64,000 nt of DNA from an uncultured Clostridia bacterium (GTDB lineage Bacteria; Bacillota; Clostridia; Oscillospirales; Butyricicoccaceae), in assembly GCA_944375715.1 (NCBI GenBank), contig CALWAP010000004.1, positions 10,970 through 74,969 on the forward strand. The letters are read 5' to 3'. A model generated the notes under the pieces. The model ran no database searches. It was not told the DNA's origin and was given only the letters and a program-made list of their open reading frames with translations. Below, piece after piece: positions 10,770 through 19,774 of the stretch. The position numbers and the translations under genes are program-made. The first letter of the stretch is position 1. Each line of letters begins with the position of its first letter.

Positions 10770-13274
10770 GTGACAAAATCAAAGAAAAAGGAACGCAAAA
10801 CCATACTCAGATATACAGGTTTTGTGCTTGTTACGCTTATGCTTATAGGACTTACCTGCACTGCCATATGCGGCGCAGCGTTTGCCTATTACATAAGCAA
10901 ATATGTAAGCTCCGATGTTGATATAGATCTGGACAGCTTCAGGCTCAACTTTACAAGTTTCATATATTATATTGACTCGGAAACGGGTGAGGAAGTGGAG
11001 CTTCAGCAGCTCCACGGCACCGAGAACAGGGTATGGGCCGATATAGAGGAAATACCCCAGATGCTCCAGGACGCGTTTATATCTGTCGAAGACGCCAGGT
11101 TTGAAAGCCATAATGGCGTCGATTGGAAAAGGACCATAGGCGCCGCCATTAACTATATAATCCCGTTCAGGGACAATTTCGGCGGAGGTTCGACGATAAC
11201 CCAGCAGCTCATCAAAAACCTTACGGGTGACAATGATACCTCGGTAAAGAGGAAGATACAGGAAATAATGAGAGCTCTGGAGCTGGAAAAGAATTACGAA
11301 AAGTCGGATATCTTAGAGATGTATCTCAATACGATATATTTCGGGCAGTCGGCTTACGGCGTAAAACAGGCGGCTTATACCTATTTCGGTAAAGAGCTTG
11401 ACGAGCTGACGCTGGCCGAGTGCGCGTCTATTGCGGGCATAACCAAGAACCCTTACAAATATGACCTTATAAGGTTCCCTGAATACAATGCCGAGCGAAG
11501 GGCCGTTGTTTTGCAGGAGATGCTCAGGTACGACAAGATAACCCAGGAGGAGTATGAGGAGGCCATGGCCGAGGAGGTCACGGCAGTCACCGATGACGGA
11601 AACGGCGAGGAAAATCAGTATCAGTCCTATTTTGTTGACGCGATAATAGATGTTGTGATAGACGACCTGATGGAGGAGAAGGGATACAGCGAGGAAACTG
11701 CCAAGCTGCTTTTATATACGGGTGGTCTTAAGATAGTTTCCACCATTGATGTTGACATACAGGCTGATATGGACGAGGTCTTTACCGATCTTGACAACTT
11801 CCCGGGAAAGATGGGCAGCGATGGTACCATGCCTCAGGCGGCCATGGTGCTTATGGATCCATATACCGGAGAGGTCAAGGCACTTTACGGCGGCAGGGGT
11901 GAAAAGGAGGGCGACAGGGTACTTAACAGGGCTACCCAAACCACGCGCTCTCCAGGTTCTTCCATAAAGCCCCTTTCGGTATATGCCCCCGCTATTGAAG
12001 AGGGGCTTATAACACCGATAACCGTTATAGACGATGTTCCAAAGAATTTTGAGATCAGGTCTACGGGATGGCCAAAGAATGAAACAAACATATACAGCGG
12101 CAAGGTAACCGTTCTGACAGGTATTGCCAAATCCTTGAACACCGTTGCCGTTGACATAGTTCAGCGACTTACGCCCGAAAAGGCTTTTGATTTCGCCTAT
12201 AACAGGCTCAATCTGTCGACCCTTGTGGAATCTCGTACCGTGACCAAAAAGGACGGCAGCACAGAGGTGCAGTCGGATGTCAACTTAAGCCCGATGGCGC
12301 TGGGCGGCCTGACCGATGGCGTTACCGTCCTGGACATGGCGGCTGCTTATTCGGCCTTTACGAACGACGGTTATTACACAGAGCCCATACTGTATACCAA
12401 AGTATACAGCTCGACAGGTGAACTGCTTTTGGATAATACTCCCACCAAGACCGAGGCAATGAGCTCTAAGACTGCTACCTATATGATAGAACTGCTGACC
12501 AATGCTGTTACAAACGGCACAGGTTCCAGAGCGGCCTTGGGCGGTGGTATTGAGGTTGGCGGTAAAACAGGTACGACTACCAGCAATAATGACAGATGGT
12601 TTGCCGGCATAACACCCTATTATACCGGCGTTGTCTGGTTCGGATACGACCGTCAGCAGGAGATAACAGGCGTATCAACAAACCCCGCCCTTTATCTGTG
12701 GCGGGAGGTAATGGGTAAGGTCCATCAGGGCCTGCCTGCCAAGAGTTTTACACGGAGTACCGAGCTGGTTAAGGTCAGCTACTGCCTTGACTGCGGGCTT
12801 TTGCCCAGCGATTACTGCAGCCTTGATGAAAGAGGAAGCAGGGTGGCTACTGCGTATGTGGCCAAGGAGGACGTGCCGACAGAGGTCTGCACCTGTCATG
12901 TAATGGTAGATGTCTGTCCTGAAAGCGGCATGCCGGCCAACGCTTTCTGTCCGATAAGCGAGGTAAAGCAAGTGGCCAGGGTATATGTTGATGACCGCAA
13001 TTTCCCTGTAAATGTCAGTGTCAGTGACAGGGCGTATTGCCTCTATCCTGATGATGTATGTACTATACACAGTGTTGAGAATGACGGCAACGCCGTGGAT
13101 ATCGATCAATGGCCAGGACAGGATGATTATACGAGCGATGTCGATGATTGGTGGGACAACCGTCCTGACGACAGCGACGGCAGTATTTTTGATGATTGGT
13201 GGAACAGCCTTTTCCCGTCTGACGATGACGGGGAAACGGGTGAAAGCGGAAGCACCGGACAGCCTGCAGAATAA
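10770..13274 (+). CDS. class A penicillin-binding protein (glycosyltransferase + transpeptidase) with a Cys-rich/acidic C-terminal extension
   Basis: TM anchor; GT51 motifs EDARFESHNGVD and GGSTITQQL; transpeptidase SxxK (SSIK) and KTG (GKTGTT). GTG start with AAAGGAGAAG RBS. Confidence 0.9.
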   Translation: MTKSKKKERKTILRYTGFVLVTLMLIGLTCTAICGAAFAYYISKYVSSDVDIDLDSFRLNFTSFIYYIDSETGEEVELQQLHGTENRVWADIEEIPQMLQDAFISVEDARFESHNGVDWKRTIGAAINYIIPFRDNFGGGSTITQQLIKNLTGDNDTSVKRKIQEIMRALELEKNYEKSDILEMYLNTIYFGQSAYGVKQAAYTYFGKELDELTLAECASIAGITKNPYKYDLIRFPEYNAERRAVVLQEMLRYDKITQEEYEEAMAEEVTAVTDDGNGEENQYQSYFVDAIIDVVIDDLMEEKGYSEETAKLLLYTGGLKIVSTIDVDIQADMDEVFTDLDNFPGKMGSDGTMPQAAMVLMDPYTGEVKALYGGRGEKEGDRVLNRATQTTRSPGSSIKPLSVYAPAIEEGLITPITVIDDVPKNFEIRSTGWPKNETNIYSGKVTVLTGIAKSLNTVAVDIVQRLTPEKAFDFAYNRLNLSTLVESRTVTKKDGSTEVQSDVNLSPMALGGLTDGVTVLDMAAAYSAFTNDGYYTEPILYTKVYSSTGELLLDNTPTKTEAMSSKTATYMIELLTNAVTNGTGSRAALGGGIEVGGKTGTTTSNNDRWFAGITPYYTGVVWFGYDRQQEITGVSTNPALYLWREVMGKVHQGLPAKSFTRSTELVKVSYCLDCGLLPSDYCSLDERGSRVATAYVAKEDVPTEVCTCHVMVDVCPESGMPANAFCPISEVKQVARVYVDDRNFPVNVSVSDRAYCLYPDDVCTIHSVENDGNAVDIDQWPGQDDYTSDVDDWWDNRPDDSDGSIFDDWWNSLFPSDDDGETGESGSTGQPAE

Positions 13275-13295
13275 CATAAGAGTGTCACATGGTTT

Positions 13296-13323
13296 AGCCC
13301 CCGGGCATTGCCGCCCGGGGGCT
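13296..13323 (+). terminator. GC-rich hairpin after the PBP gene (no clear U tract)
   Basis: AGCCCCCGGGC-attgcc-GCCCGGGGGCT, a perfect 11-bp stem. Confidence 0.45.
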
Positions 13324-13363
13324 GTGGTATAAAAAGAGCGATTGAGAAGAAGGGGATGATAGG

Positions 13364-14233
13364 ATGAACCTTACCCATTTGAAATACGCCCTTGAAGTGG
13401 AAAAAACGGGGTCGATAACGAAAGCTGCTGAAAACCTGTTTATGGGACAGCCTAACTTGAGCCGCGTCATAAAGGACCTGGAAGATGAAACAGGCATAAG
13501 GATATTCAGCCGTACATCAAAGGGAATAGTTCCTACCGAGAACGGAAGGTTGTTTCTTGAAAAAGCAAGGGACCTGGTGCGGCGTTCTGATGAGCTGGAA
13601 AGCATGTTCAATGCCGAGGGTGTGAAACGACGTTTTTATGTGGCCGGACAAAGTTCTTTCAGGCTTATAGAGGCGTTTGGGAGAACGGCAAGCGCCTTAT
13701 GTGCCGAAAATACCTTTGACTGCCGCCTGGAAGAATGCGTTTCTGGTCAGGTTATGGAAAAGGTTATGAGAGATGAATGCAGCCTGGGAGTTATGAAGAC
13801 GAAAAAATCTGATCTTGAAATCATCCAGCGCTCATTTTGGGAACGTAACCTGCGTGGCAAGGTATTGTCAGAGTTCAAATATGTAGTACTGCTTAAAAAA
13901 GATCATCCGCTGTCGGAATGTGAGATCATTTCCCAAAATATGCTGGAGCAATATACACTATTAACTTCTGATTCGCGCAGAAAGGATGCCCACAAAGGAA
14001 GCTGTCTTCTTTTGAGCTCGGCATCCTCCTGCATAAGGTGCCTGGGCACCATTAAGGATGGATTTATGATTTCAAGGCCTATTGACACTAAAACAGCCGA
14101 GCAGGCAGGGGTGGTTATGTGCCCATTGGAAGGGAAAAAAATGGTAGATCTAGTTATCTTTAAAGCTGATCACAAGCTTACCTATGCCGATGAGCTTTTT
14201 ATAAACGAGTTTAAAAAAACCTGGGCGCAGTAA
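13364..14233 (+). CDS. LysR-family transcriptional regulator
   Basis: N-terminal HTH LKYALEVEKTGSITKAAENLFMGQPNLSRVIKDLE and a substrate-binding-size C-terminal domain. Confidence 0.85.
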   Translation: MNLTHLKYALEVEKTGSITKAAENLFMGQPNLSRVIKDLEDETGIRIFSRTSKGIVPTENGRLFLEKARDLVRRSDELESMFNAEGVKRRFYVAGQSSFRLIEAFGRTASALCAENTFDCRLEECVSGQVMEKVMRDECSLGVMKTKKSDLEIIQRSFWERNLRGKVLSEFKYVVLLKKDHPLSECEIISQNMLEQYTLLTSDSRRKDAHKGSCLLLSSASSCIRCLGTIKDGFMISRPIDTKTAEQAGVVMCPLEGKKMVDLVIFKADHKLTYADELFINEFKKTWAQ

Positions 14234-14304
14234 AAGGTCTTGCGATTCGGCAGATTAAATATTAAAATAATAACAAATATGTCTGAATTGGCGGAGGTTT
14301 ATTT

Positions 14305-15738
14305 ATGAGCGGCAGGTTTGACACAAAGGTGCAGTATTTGAGGTATCAGGTCCTCAGGGAAGTGGCAAGGCATGCCTTTGCGGATACGCTTTTGGAAAGC
14401 TATACAAGTATACCCAAGATGATAGCACCTGGCCCCAAACCTACCATGAGGTGTTGCGTATATAAGGAAAGGGCCATACTTACCGAAAGGATAGGAATTG
14501 CCTTGGAGGGGATAAAGCCCGGGCAGCATGTGGTTCAGGTGATTGACATAGCCTGTGATGAATGTCCTGTGGCGGGATACCAGGTGTCCAGCGACTGTCG
14601 TGGTTGTATAGCCCATCGGTGCGAGGAGATATGCCCACGGGGCGCTATTTACTATGATGAAAAGCAGAAGGCGCATATAGACAAAAGCAAATGCGTGGAA
14701 TGTGGCTTGTGCGCCTCAGTTTGCCCTTATGGGGCTATTGCTGATCACAAGCGCCCCTGCGTTCGCAACTGCAAGGCATCGGCAATTTCGATGACGGAGG
14801 AAAAGGTAGCCTATATTGATGAGAGTAAGTGTATAGATTGCGGCTCATGTGTGTATCAGTGCCCGTTTGGGGCTATAACAGACAGGACATACCTTCTGAA
14901 GGCGGTATCTCTGCTTAAAGAGGCCATGGCCGGTGAAAAAAAGGTTGCCGCCATCGTGGCGCCTTCGATAGCCAGCCAATTTAAGTCGGTAAAGCTGGGA
15001 CAGGTGGCGGCCGGATTAGAAAAGCTGGGGTTTACCGGCGTCAGGGAGGTAGCCCTCGGCGCCGATATGGTGGCCTATGATGAGGCAGCAGAGCTTTCGG
15101 AAAAGGGGTTTCTGACCAGCTCATGTTGTCCGGCCTTTGTAAAGTATCTGGAAAAGCAAATGCCACAGATGCTGGAATATAAATCTCACAACTTGTCGCC
15201 TATGGCGGCTTTGGGGAAACATATAAAGGAAAGGGAGCCCGATACGGCTGTGGTTTTCATAGGCCCCTGTATAGCCAAGAAATCGGAGATCATGCGGGAA
15301 GAAGTAAGGCCGTATATAGACTGTGTACTGACCTTCGAGGAGCTCCAGGCTCTTTTGGACAGTCGGGATATCGACCTCGGCGAACTTGAAGAGCGGCCTT
15401 TGGATGACGCGTCATATTATGGAAGGGTATTTGCAAGGACAGGCGGGTTGGCCGAGGCTGTGGCCCGGGCCCTTAAAGAACAGGGTTCGGATTTTGAATT
15501 GAAAGCCGTTTCGTGTGACGGGATCGAGCAGTGCAGGGCCGCTTTGATGAAGGCATCAAAGAATGTGCTTGGCGGCAATTTTATCGAAGGCATGGCATGC
15601 ACGGGGGGCTGCATCGGCGGCGCAGGCTGCCTGACTCACGGGGTAAGGAACAGAAGCGATATTGACAGATATGCAAAACAGGCCGGAGATAAGGGTATAT
15701 TCGAAGCGATAAGGCAGGCCGACAGAGCAGAGGGCTGA
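14305..15738 (+). CDS. [FeFe]-hydrogenase-family protein with two 4Fe-4S ferredoxin motifs (monomeric, group B-like)
   Basis: CxxCxxCxxxCP motifs (CVECGLCASVCP, CIDCGSCVYQCP). H-cluster-like motifs TSSCCPAF, GPCIAKKSE and EGMACTGGCIGG. Confidence 0.7.
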   Translation: MSGRFDTKVQYLRYQVLREVARHAFADTLLESYTSIPKMIAPGPKPTMRCCVYKERAILTERIGIALEGIKPGQHVVQVIDIACDECPVAGYQVSSDCRGCIAHRCEEICPRGAIYYDEKQKAHIDKSKCVECGLCASVCPYGAIADHKRPCVRNCKASAISMTEEKVAYIDESKCIDCGSCVYQCPFGAITDRTYLLKAVSLLKEAMAGEKKVAAIVAPSIASQFKSVKLGQVAAGLEKLGFTGVREVALGADMVAYDEAAELSEKGFLTSSCCPAFVKYLEKQMPQMLEYKSHNLSPMAALGKHIKEREPDTAVVFIGPCIAKKSEIMREEVRPYIDCVLTFEELQALLDSRDIDLGELEERPLDDASYYGRVFARTGGLAEAVARALKEQGSDFELKAVSCDGIEQCRAALMKASKNVLGGNFIEGMACTGGCIGGAGCLTHGVRNRSDIDRYAKQAGDKGIFEAIRQADRAEG

Positions 15739-15788
15739 TGAAGGATACGCGATGCGCTGCATGAAGCAGCTTTAATTAGGAGAACGGT

Positions 15789-16301
15789 ATGCGCACGGAA
15801 AAGGTGGAAGTCAGGGAATATGACCCGGGCTGGAAAGGGGCGTTTGAGACCATAGCGGCCGAGATACATGCCGCCCTTGATGGCTTGGAAGAGGTTATCG
15901 AGCATGTAGGCAGCACTTCGGTACCCGGATTGGCGGCCAAACCGATAATAGATATTGATGTTGTGATACCTTCGGTAAATGACCTTGAGAAGGCCATAGA
16001 ACTGCTGGAAAGAGCAGGATATGAATACGAGGGCAATCTGGGAATAAAGGACAGAGAGGCTTTCAAATACAGCGGAAAGGAACATTTAATGACACATCAT
16101 CTTTATGTTTGCTCAAAGGGCTCCGCAGAGCTTAGACGTCATATTGCTTTCAGGGACTACCTGAGAAGCTGTCCGGAAGCTGCTCAAAGATATGGTGAAG
16201 TAAAAATGCAGGCAGCCGGATTATATCCCTGTGATATCGAAAAGTATATAGAGTATAAGTCAGGTATAATAGAAGAAATGTATAAAAAATGCAGCATCTA
16301 A
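15789..16301 (+). CDS. GrpB-family (UPF0157) protein
   Basis: HVGSTSVPGLAAKPIIDIDV motif and a length of about 170 aa. Confidence 0.7.
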   Translation: MRTEKVEVREYDPGWKGAFETIAAEIHAALDGLEEVIEHVGSTSVPGLAAKPIIDIDVVIPSVNDLEKAIELLERAGYEYEGNLGIKDREAFKYSGKEHLMTHHLYVCSKGSAELRRHIAFRDYLRSCPEAAQRYGEVKMQAAGLYPCDIEKYIEYKSGIIEEMYKKCSI

Positions 16302-16307
16302 AAGCAT

Positions 16308-16338
16308 AAAAAAGCCCCGCTTCTGGCGGGGCTTTTTT
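16308..16338. terminator. bidirectional terminator
   Basis: A6-GCCCCGC-ttctg-GCGGGGC-T6, between convergent genes. Confidence 0.8.
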
Positions 16339-16339
16339 A

Positions 16340-17224
16340 TTATTTGCCGTCATTTTCACTTTTCGGATTTTCTTCTTTGATCTCTCTTATTATTTCGTCT
16401 ACCCGGCTGTCAGTCGGCATATCTTCTTCTGCATTGTAAAGGTTATGAGGTATAGGCATTTCTTCCGGTTCTCCAGGCGACTCCATTACAGGTTCAGCTG
16501 TGGGCGGGAAGAGATACCAGGAAAGGCTGTAAATGCAGTATGAAGCTAATGCAGCCAGATGGGGAAGGGAAAAGATGAATTTTCCGGAAGGCATACCTAA
16601 GATGCCGCTTATTGCCGTGCAGCATGAAAAGCTGAGTGCCGTCAGCATGGAAAAGGTTACGGTAAAGCTGCGAGAACGGTTGAGGAACCTCATTGAAGCG
16701 GCCGAATATGTGGCGGCGCATATAAGAGCGCATGTCAGAAGCTCGGTTGCGAACAGATTACGGTTGGGGCAGGCCGAGGCATAGGTTTTATAGACCATCA
16801 GCAGGAATACTCCGGCCGAAAAGACAGGCAGTGTCATAAAAACACCCGAGGATTCGCTTTTGGAGGAAATTGAGCCCACCATGCCTAACGCACATATAAG
16901 GTTCAAAGCGACGCTGGAGGCGCTTAATAGATCCGAGCCGGAATTTATGAACCCAATGAAATCACCTATGGACGAAAGTATCAAAAGAAGTGAGGATGTG
17001 ACGACCGCCGTTTTGAAAATGGTGGTGCCTTTATGTGTTTCGGGGGCTTTCCTGCTGCCCTGAAGGAGGGCGAAGGCCGAGAAGAGGGCTGCCGGCAGAG
17101 CAAGGAGAAAATAATAAAAAACTCCGGGACTTTGCGGAGATACGGCAAAGGCGCGGTAGAACCCAACGGCTGTCCCAAAGACGGCCGCGAAAGCGGAGGC
17201 GAGTATTTTGCGGTTGTGTCTCAT
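16340..17224 (-). CDS. multi-pass membrane protein of unknown function with an acidic C-terminal tail
   Basis: Several hydrophobic helices. Start placed at the ATG at 17224 (MRHNRK...) with a GGAAG RBS; the ORF track extends to 17278. Confidence 0.5.
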   Translation of the reverse strand: MRHNRKILASAFAAVFGTAVGFYRAFAVSPQSPGVFYYFLLALPAALFSAFALLQGSRKAPETHKGTTIFKTAVVTSSLLLILSSIGDFIGFINSGSDLLSASSVALNLICALGMVGSISSKSESSGVFMTLPVFSAGVFLLMVYKTYASACPNRNLFATELLTCALICAATYSAASMRFLNRSRSFTVTFSMLTALSFSCCTAISGILGMPSGKFIFSLPHLAALASYCIYSLSWYLFPPTAEPVMESPGEPEEMPIPHNLYNAEEDMPTDSRVDEIIREIKEENPKSENDGK

Positions 17225-17320
17225 ATTATAACTTCCGATCTGCATAGAATTGATTGTATCCGGATAACAGTATAGCACATAAAAGAAAAATGAGGAAGCG
17301 TTTTAATCGAAGGAGGAAAA

Positions 17321-18322
17321 ATGAAAAGGCTGTTTTTGACGGTGGCGCTGCTTTTGGCCTGCGTGTATATGCTGCCCGTATTCACCGTTGGCCTTGAAAG
17401 CGCAGGGCAGGCGGATGACGGGACAAGCGGCGGGGAAAGCCCATCCGCCGGAGGGGACTTTGACCAGAGCACAGTCATAACTTTATGTGACGGCGGCGAA
17501 GTAAAGGAGCTTAAGCTCTGTGATTATTTGAAGGGAGTGCTGGCCGCCGAAATGCCGGCGTCTTTTCCTATAGAGGCGCTGAAGGCCCAGGCGGTGGCCG
17601 CCAGAACCTATACCCTTTATCAGCTTTCGCTTTATGACAGCGGAATGGAAGCGCCCGAAAGTCATAATGGTGCCCAGCTTTGCTCCGATTATACCCACTG
17701 CAAGGCATATCGGGACGTAGACGCCCAGAAAGAGAGCCTTTGGGGCAGCGACGCCGATTTTTACTATGATAAGATAAAAAGCGCTGTTGATGATACGTCG
17801 GGCATAATAGCAACATATAAAGGGGAACCTATTGCGGCGGTATTTCACGCGGCTTCATCGGAAATGACCGAGAGCTCTCTTTCGGTATGGGGCACCGAAA
17901 TGCCCTATCTTGTCAGTGTGGAAAGCCCCGGAGGTGAGGAGTCTCCCAAATACAACGGTACGGTCGAGATAAGCGCCGAGGATTTCAAAAGCAAAATGCT
18001 TGAAAGCTACCCGGAAATGGATTTTTCCCAGACTCCTGATAAGTGGTTCAAGGCCTCTCAGCGTTCAGAAGCTGGCGGGGTGGAAACGGTTGCTGTCGGC
18101 GGAGTGCGCGTCAGCGGAGTCTGGCTCAGGCAGCAGCTGGGACTTAATTCTACCAATTTTACCTATGAAGTTTCTGGAGATACACTGCGCTTTCAGACAA
18201 AAGGCTATGGCCACGGCGTAGGCATGAGCCAATACGGTGCAAAGGCGCTGGCTGAGCAGGGGAAAACCTATGATGAAATAATCAAATGGTATTATACGGG
18301 AGTCGATCTGACAATAAAATAA
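17321..18322 (+). CDS. spoIID: stage II sporulation protein D (SpoIID/LytB lytic transglycosylase)
   Basis: ALKAQAVAARTY and GHGVGMSQYGA motifs, a signal/TM N-terminus and a GAAGGAGG RBS. Confidence 0.88.
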   Translation: MKRLFLTVALLLACVYMLPVFTVGLESAGQADDGTSGGESPSAGGDFDQSTVITLCDGGEVKELKLCDYLKGVLAAEMPASFPIEALKAQAVAARTYTLYQLSLYDSGMEAPESHNGAQLCSDYTHCKAYRDVDAQKESLWGSDADFYYDKIKSAVDDTSGIIATYKGEPIAAVFHAASSEMTESSLSVWGTEMPYLVSVESPGGEESPKYNGTVEISAEDFKSKMLESYPEMDFSQTPDKWFKASQRSEAGGVETVAVGGVRVSGVWLRQQLGLNSTNFTYEVSGDTLRFQTKGYGHGVGMSQYGAKALAEQGKTYDEIIKWYYTGVDLTIK

Positions 18323-18375
18323 TCGCTGAATAAAAAAAAGCCTTTAAGGCGATAATAGCCTTGGAGGTGCTGTTA

Positions 18376-19155
18376 ATGAACAACAAAGACGGCGTTATTT
18401 CAAAGCTGGCCGGTCTGGCACAGGATAAGGGTTTTTACATAATCCTTATGCTTTGCGTCACAGCTATAAGCATATCGGGTTATGTTCTGTTTTTCCTTCC
18501 TGACAGTGCCGAAACAGCCGATACCGATCTTGGCTTGGGCCAGGACTCGGTCATGTCATCCGGAGAGGATGCAAATATGCCGGAAGTCCCGCAGGTTGAT
18601 ATCGAAGTGGAAGATAATGCAATGAGCGAAGATGAGGAAATCTTGACGCAGCCAAGCGGTGCTTCGCTTTCGGAAGATCTTGAAGAAAGCTATTATCTTC
18701 CCGAAGAGGACGGAGAAGCGGAGGAAACAGGGCTTTTCGGAAAAAGTACGTCATACCATATGCCTGTCAGCGGTGAAGTCATAAGGGAATTCTCGATAGA
18801 CGCGCTGCTTTATGACAGCACAATGGACGATTGGCGCACACACAACGGTATCGACATATCCTGTACCCAGGGTGACAGGGTGGCGGCAATAGCCGACGGT
18901 ACGGTTTCCGATGTTTACGAGGACAGTCTTTTAGGGTATGTTGTCGAGATCTCTCACGATGACGGTATGAAGAGCATATATTGCAATCTTTCTCCCGGCA
19001 CGGGCCCTGAGGTCGGTACCGAGGTCAAAGGCGGCGATGTCATAGCCGCAGTAGGGAGCAGTATGAAAACCGAAAGCCTGATGGAAAGCCATCTGCATCT
19101 GGCCTGTTTTAAGGATGGGGATTACATTGATCCCTTATCCCTTGATCTGAAATAG
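18376..19155 (+). CDS. membrane-anchored M23/LytM peptidase-domain protein, SpoIIQ-like
   Basis: N-terminal TM helix, an acidic linker, then an M23 domain with HNGID (HxxxD) and SHLHL (HxH). Directly downstream of spoIID. GGAGGTG RBS before the ATG at 18376. Confidence 0.6.
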   Translation: MNNKDGVISKLAGLAQDKGFYIILMLCVTAISISGYVLFFLPDSAETADTDLGLGQDSVMSSGEDANMPEVPQVDIEVEDNAMSEDEEILTQPSGASLSEDLEESYYLPEEDGEAEETGLFGKSTSYHMPVSGEVIREFSIDALLYDSTMDDWRTHNGIDISCTQGDRVAAIADGTVSDVYEDSLLGYVVEISHDDGMKSIYCNLSPGTGPEVGTEVKGGDVIAAVGSSMKTESLMESHLHLACFKDGDYIDPLSLDLK

Positions 19156-19165
19156 AAAGGGCGAA

Positions 19166-19199
19166 GAAAATGCGTATTCGATTACGAATACGCATTTTC
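19166..19199. terminator. bidirectional terminator
   Basis: Perfect 15-bp stem GAAAATGCGTATTCG-atta-CGAATACGCATTTTC. Confidence 0.8.
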
Positions 19200-19201
19200 T
19201 A

Positions 19202-19711
19202 TTATAATTTCATTTCGTAACAGATGAAGTCACATCCGTACTCTTTTGCTCTGCCGGCGCGGTGAAATCCCATGGAGTCATAAAGGTGCAAGGCCAGAGG
19301 GTTTGCTTCTGAAGCCCAAAAAAATACACCGTCATAGCCTAAAGACCGGGCCAGCCCAAGTGAAGCCGACATGACTTTGCGGCCCAAACCGTGGCCTTGA
19401 AGAAGGGGGGATACGCAAAAACGTGCCAGGGCGCAGGGATTTTTGATTTCGGGATCCCATGCGGTGTCATCAGGTCCTTCGTGGTAATCGCTCCAGCTTT
19501 CGGCCAGCATGATGGAAATTATCTTCCCATCATGAACTACCTTGTAAAGACTGCCGCGGCTTATATCATCTTCAAGGATCTCTCGGCTGGGATATTCGTC
19601 GTCCCAATCGGAAGTATCGGTTTTGTCTGCGGCAAGGCGGCACAGGGCGTATATTTCGTCCAGATCCTCAGGCTGGGCCGGTGTAAGTGCCGGAATAATT
19701 TCATTTTCCAT
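19202..19711 (-). CDS. GNAT-family N-acetyltransferase
   Basis: Acetyl-CoA-binding-like segment VSPLLQGHGLGRKVM. ATG at 19711 (MENEIIP) preferred over the longer ORF. Confidence 0.7.
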   Translation of the reverse strand: MENEIIPALTPAQPEDLDEIYALCRLAADKTDTSDWDDEYPSREILEDDISRGSLYKVVHDGKIISIMLAESWSDYHEGPDDTAWDPEIKNPCALARFCVSPLLQGHGLGRKVMSASLGLARSLGYDGVFFWASEANPLALHLYDSMGFHRAGRAKEYGCDFICYEMKL

Positions 19712-19774
19712 TATATTACCTTCTTTGCGAGAAAAATACTTTATCATTATAAAGCACTTTTGTTTTTAAATCAA

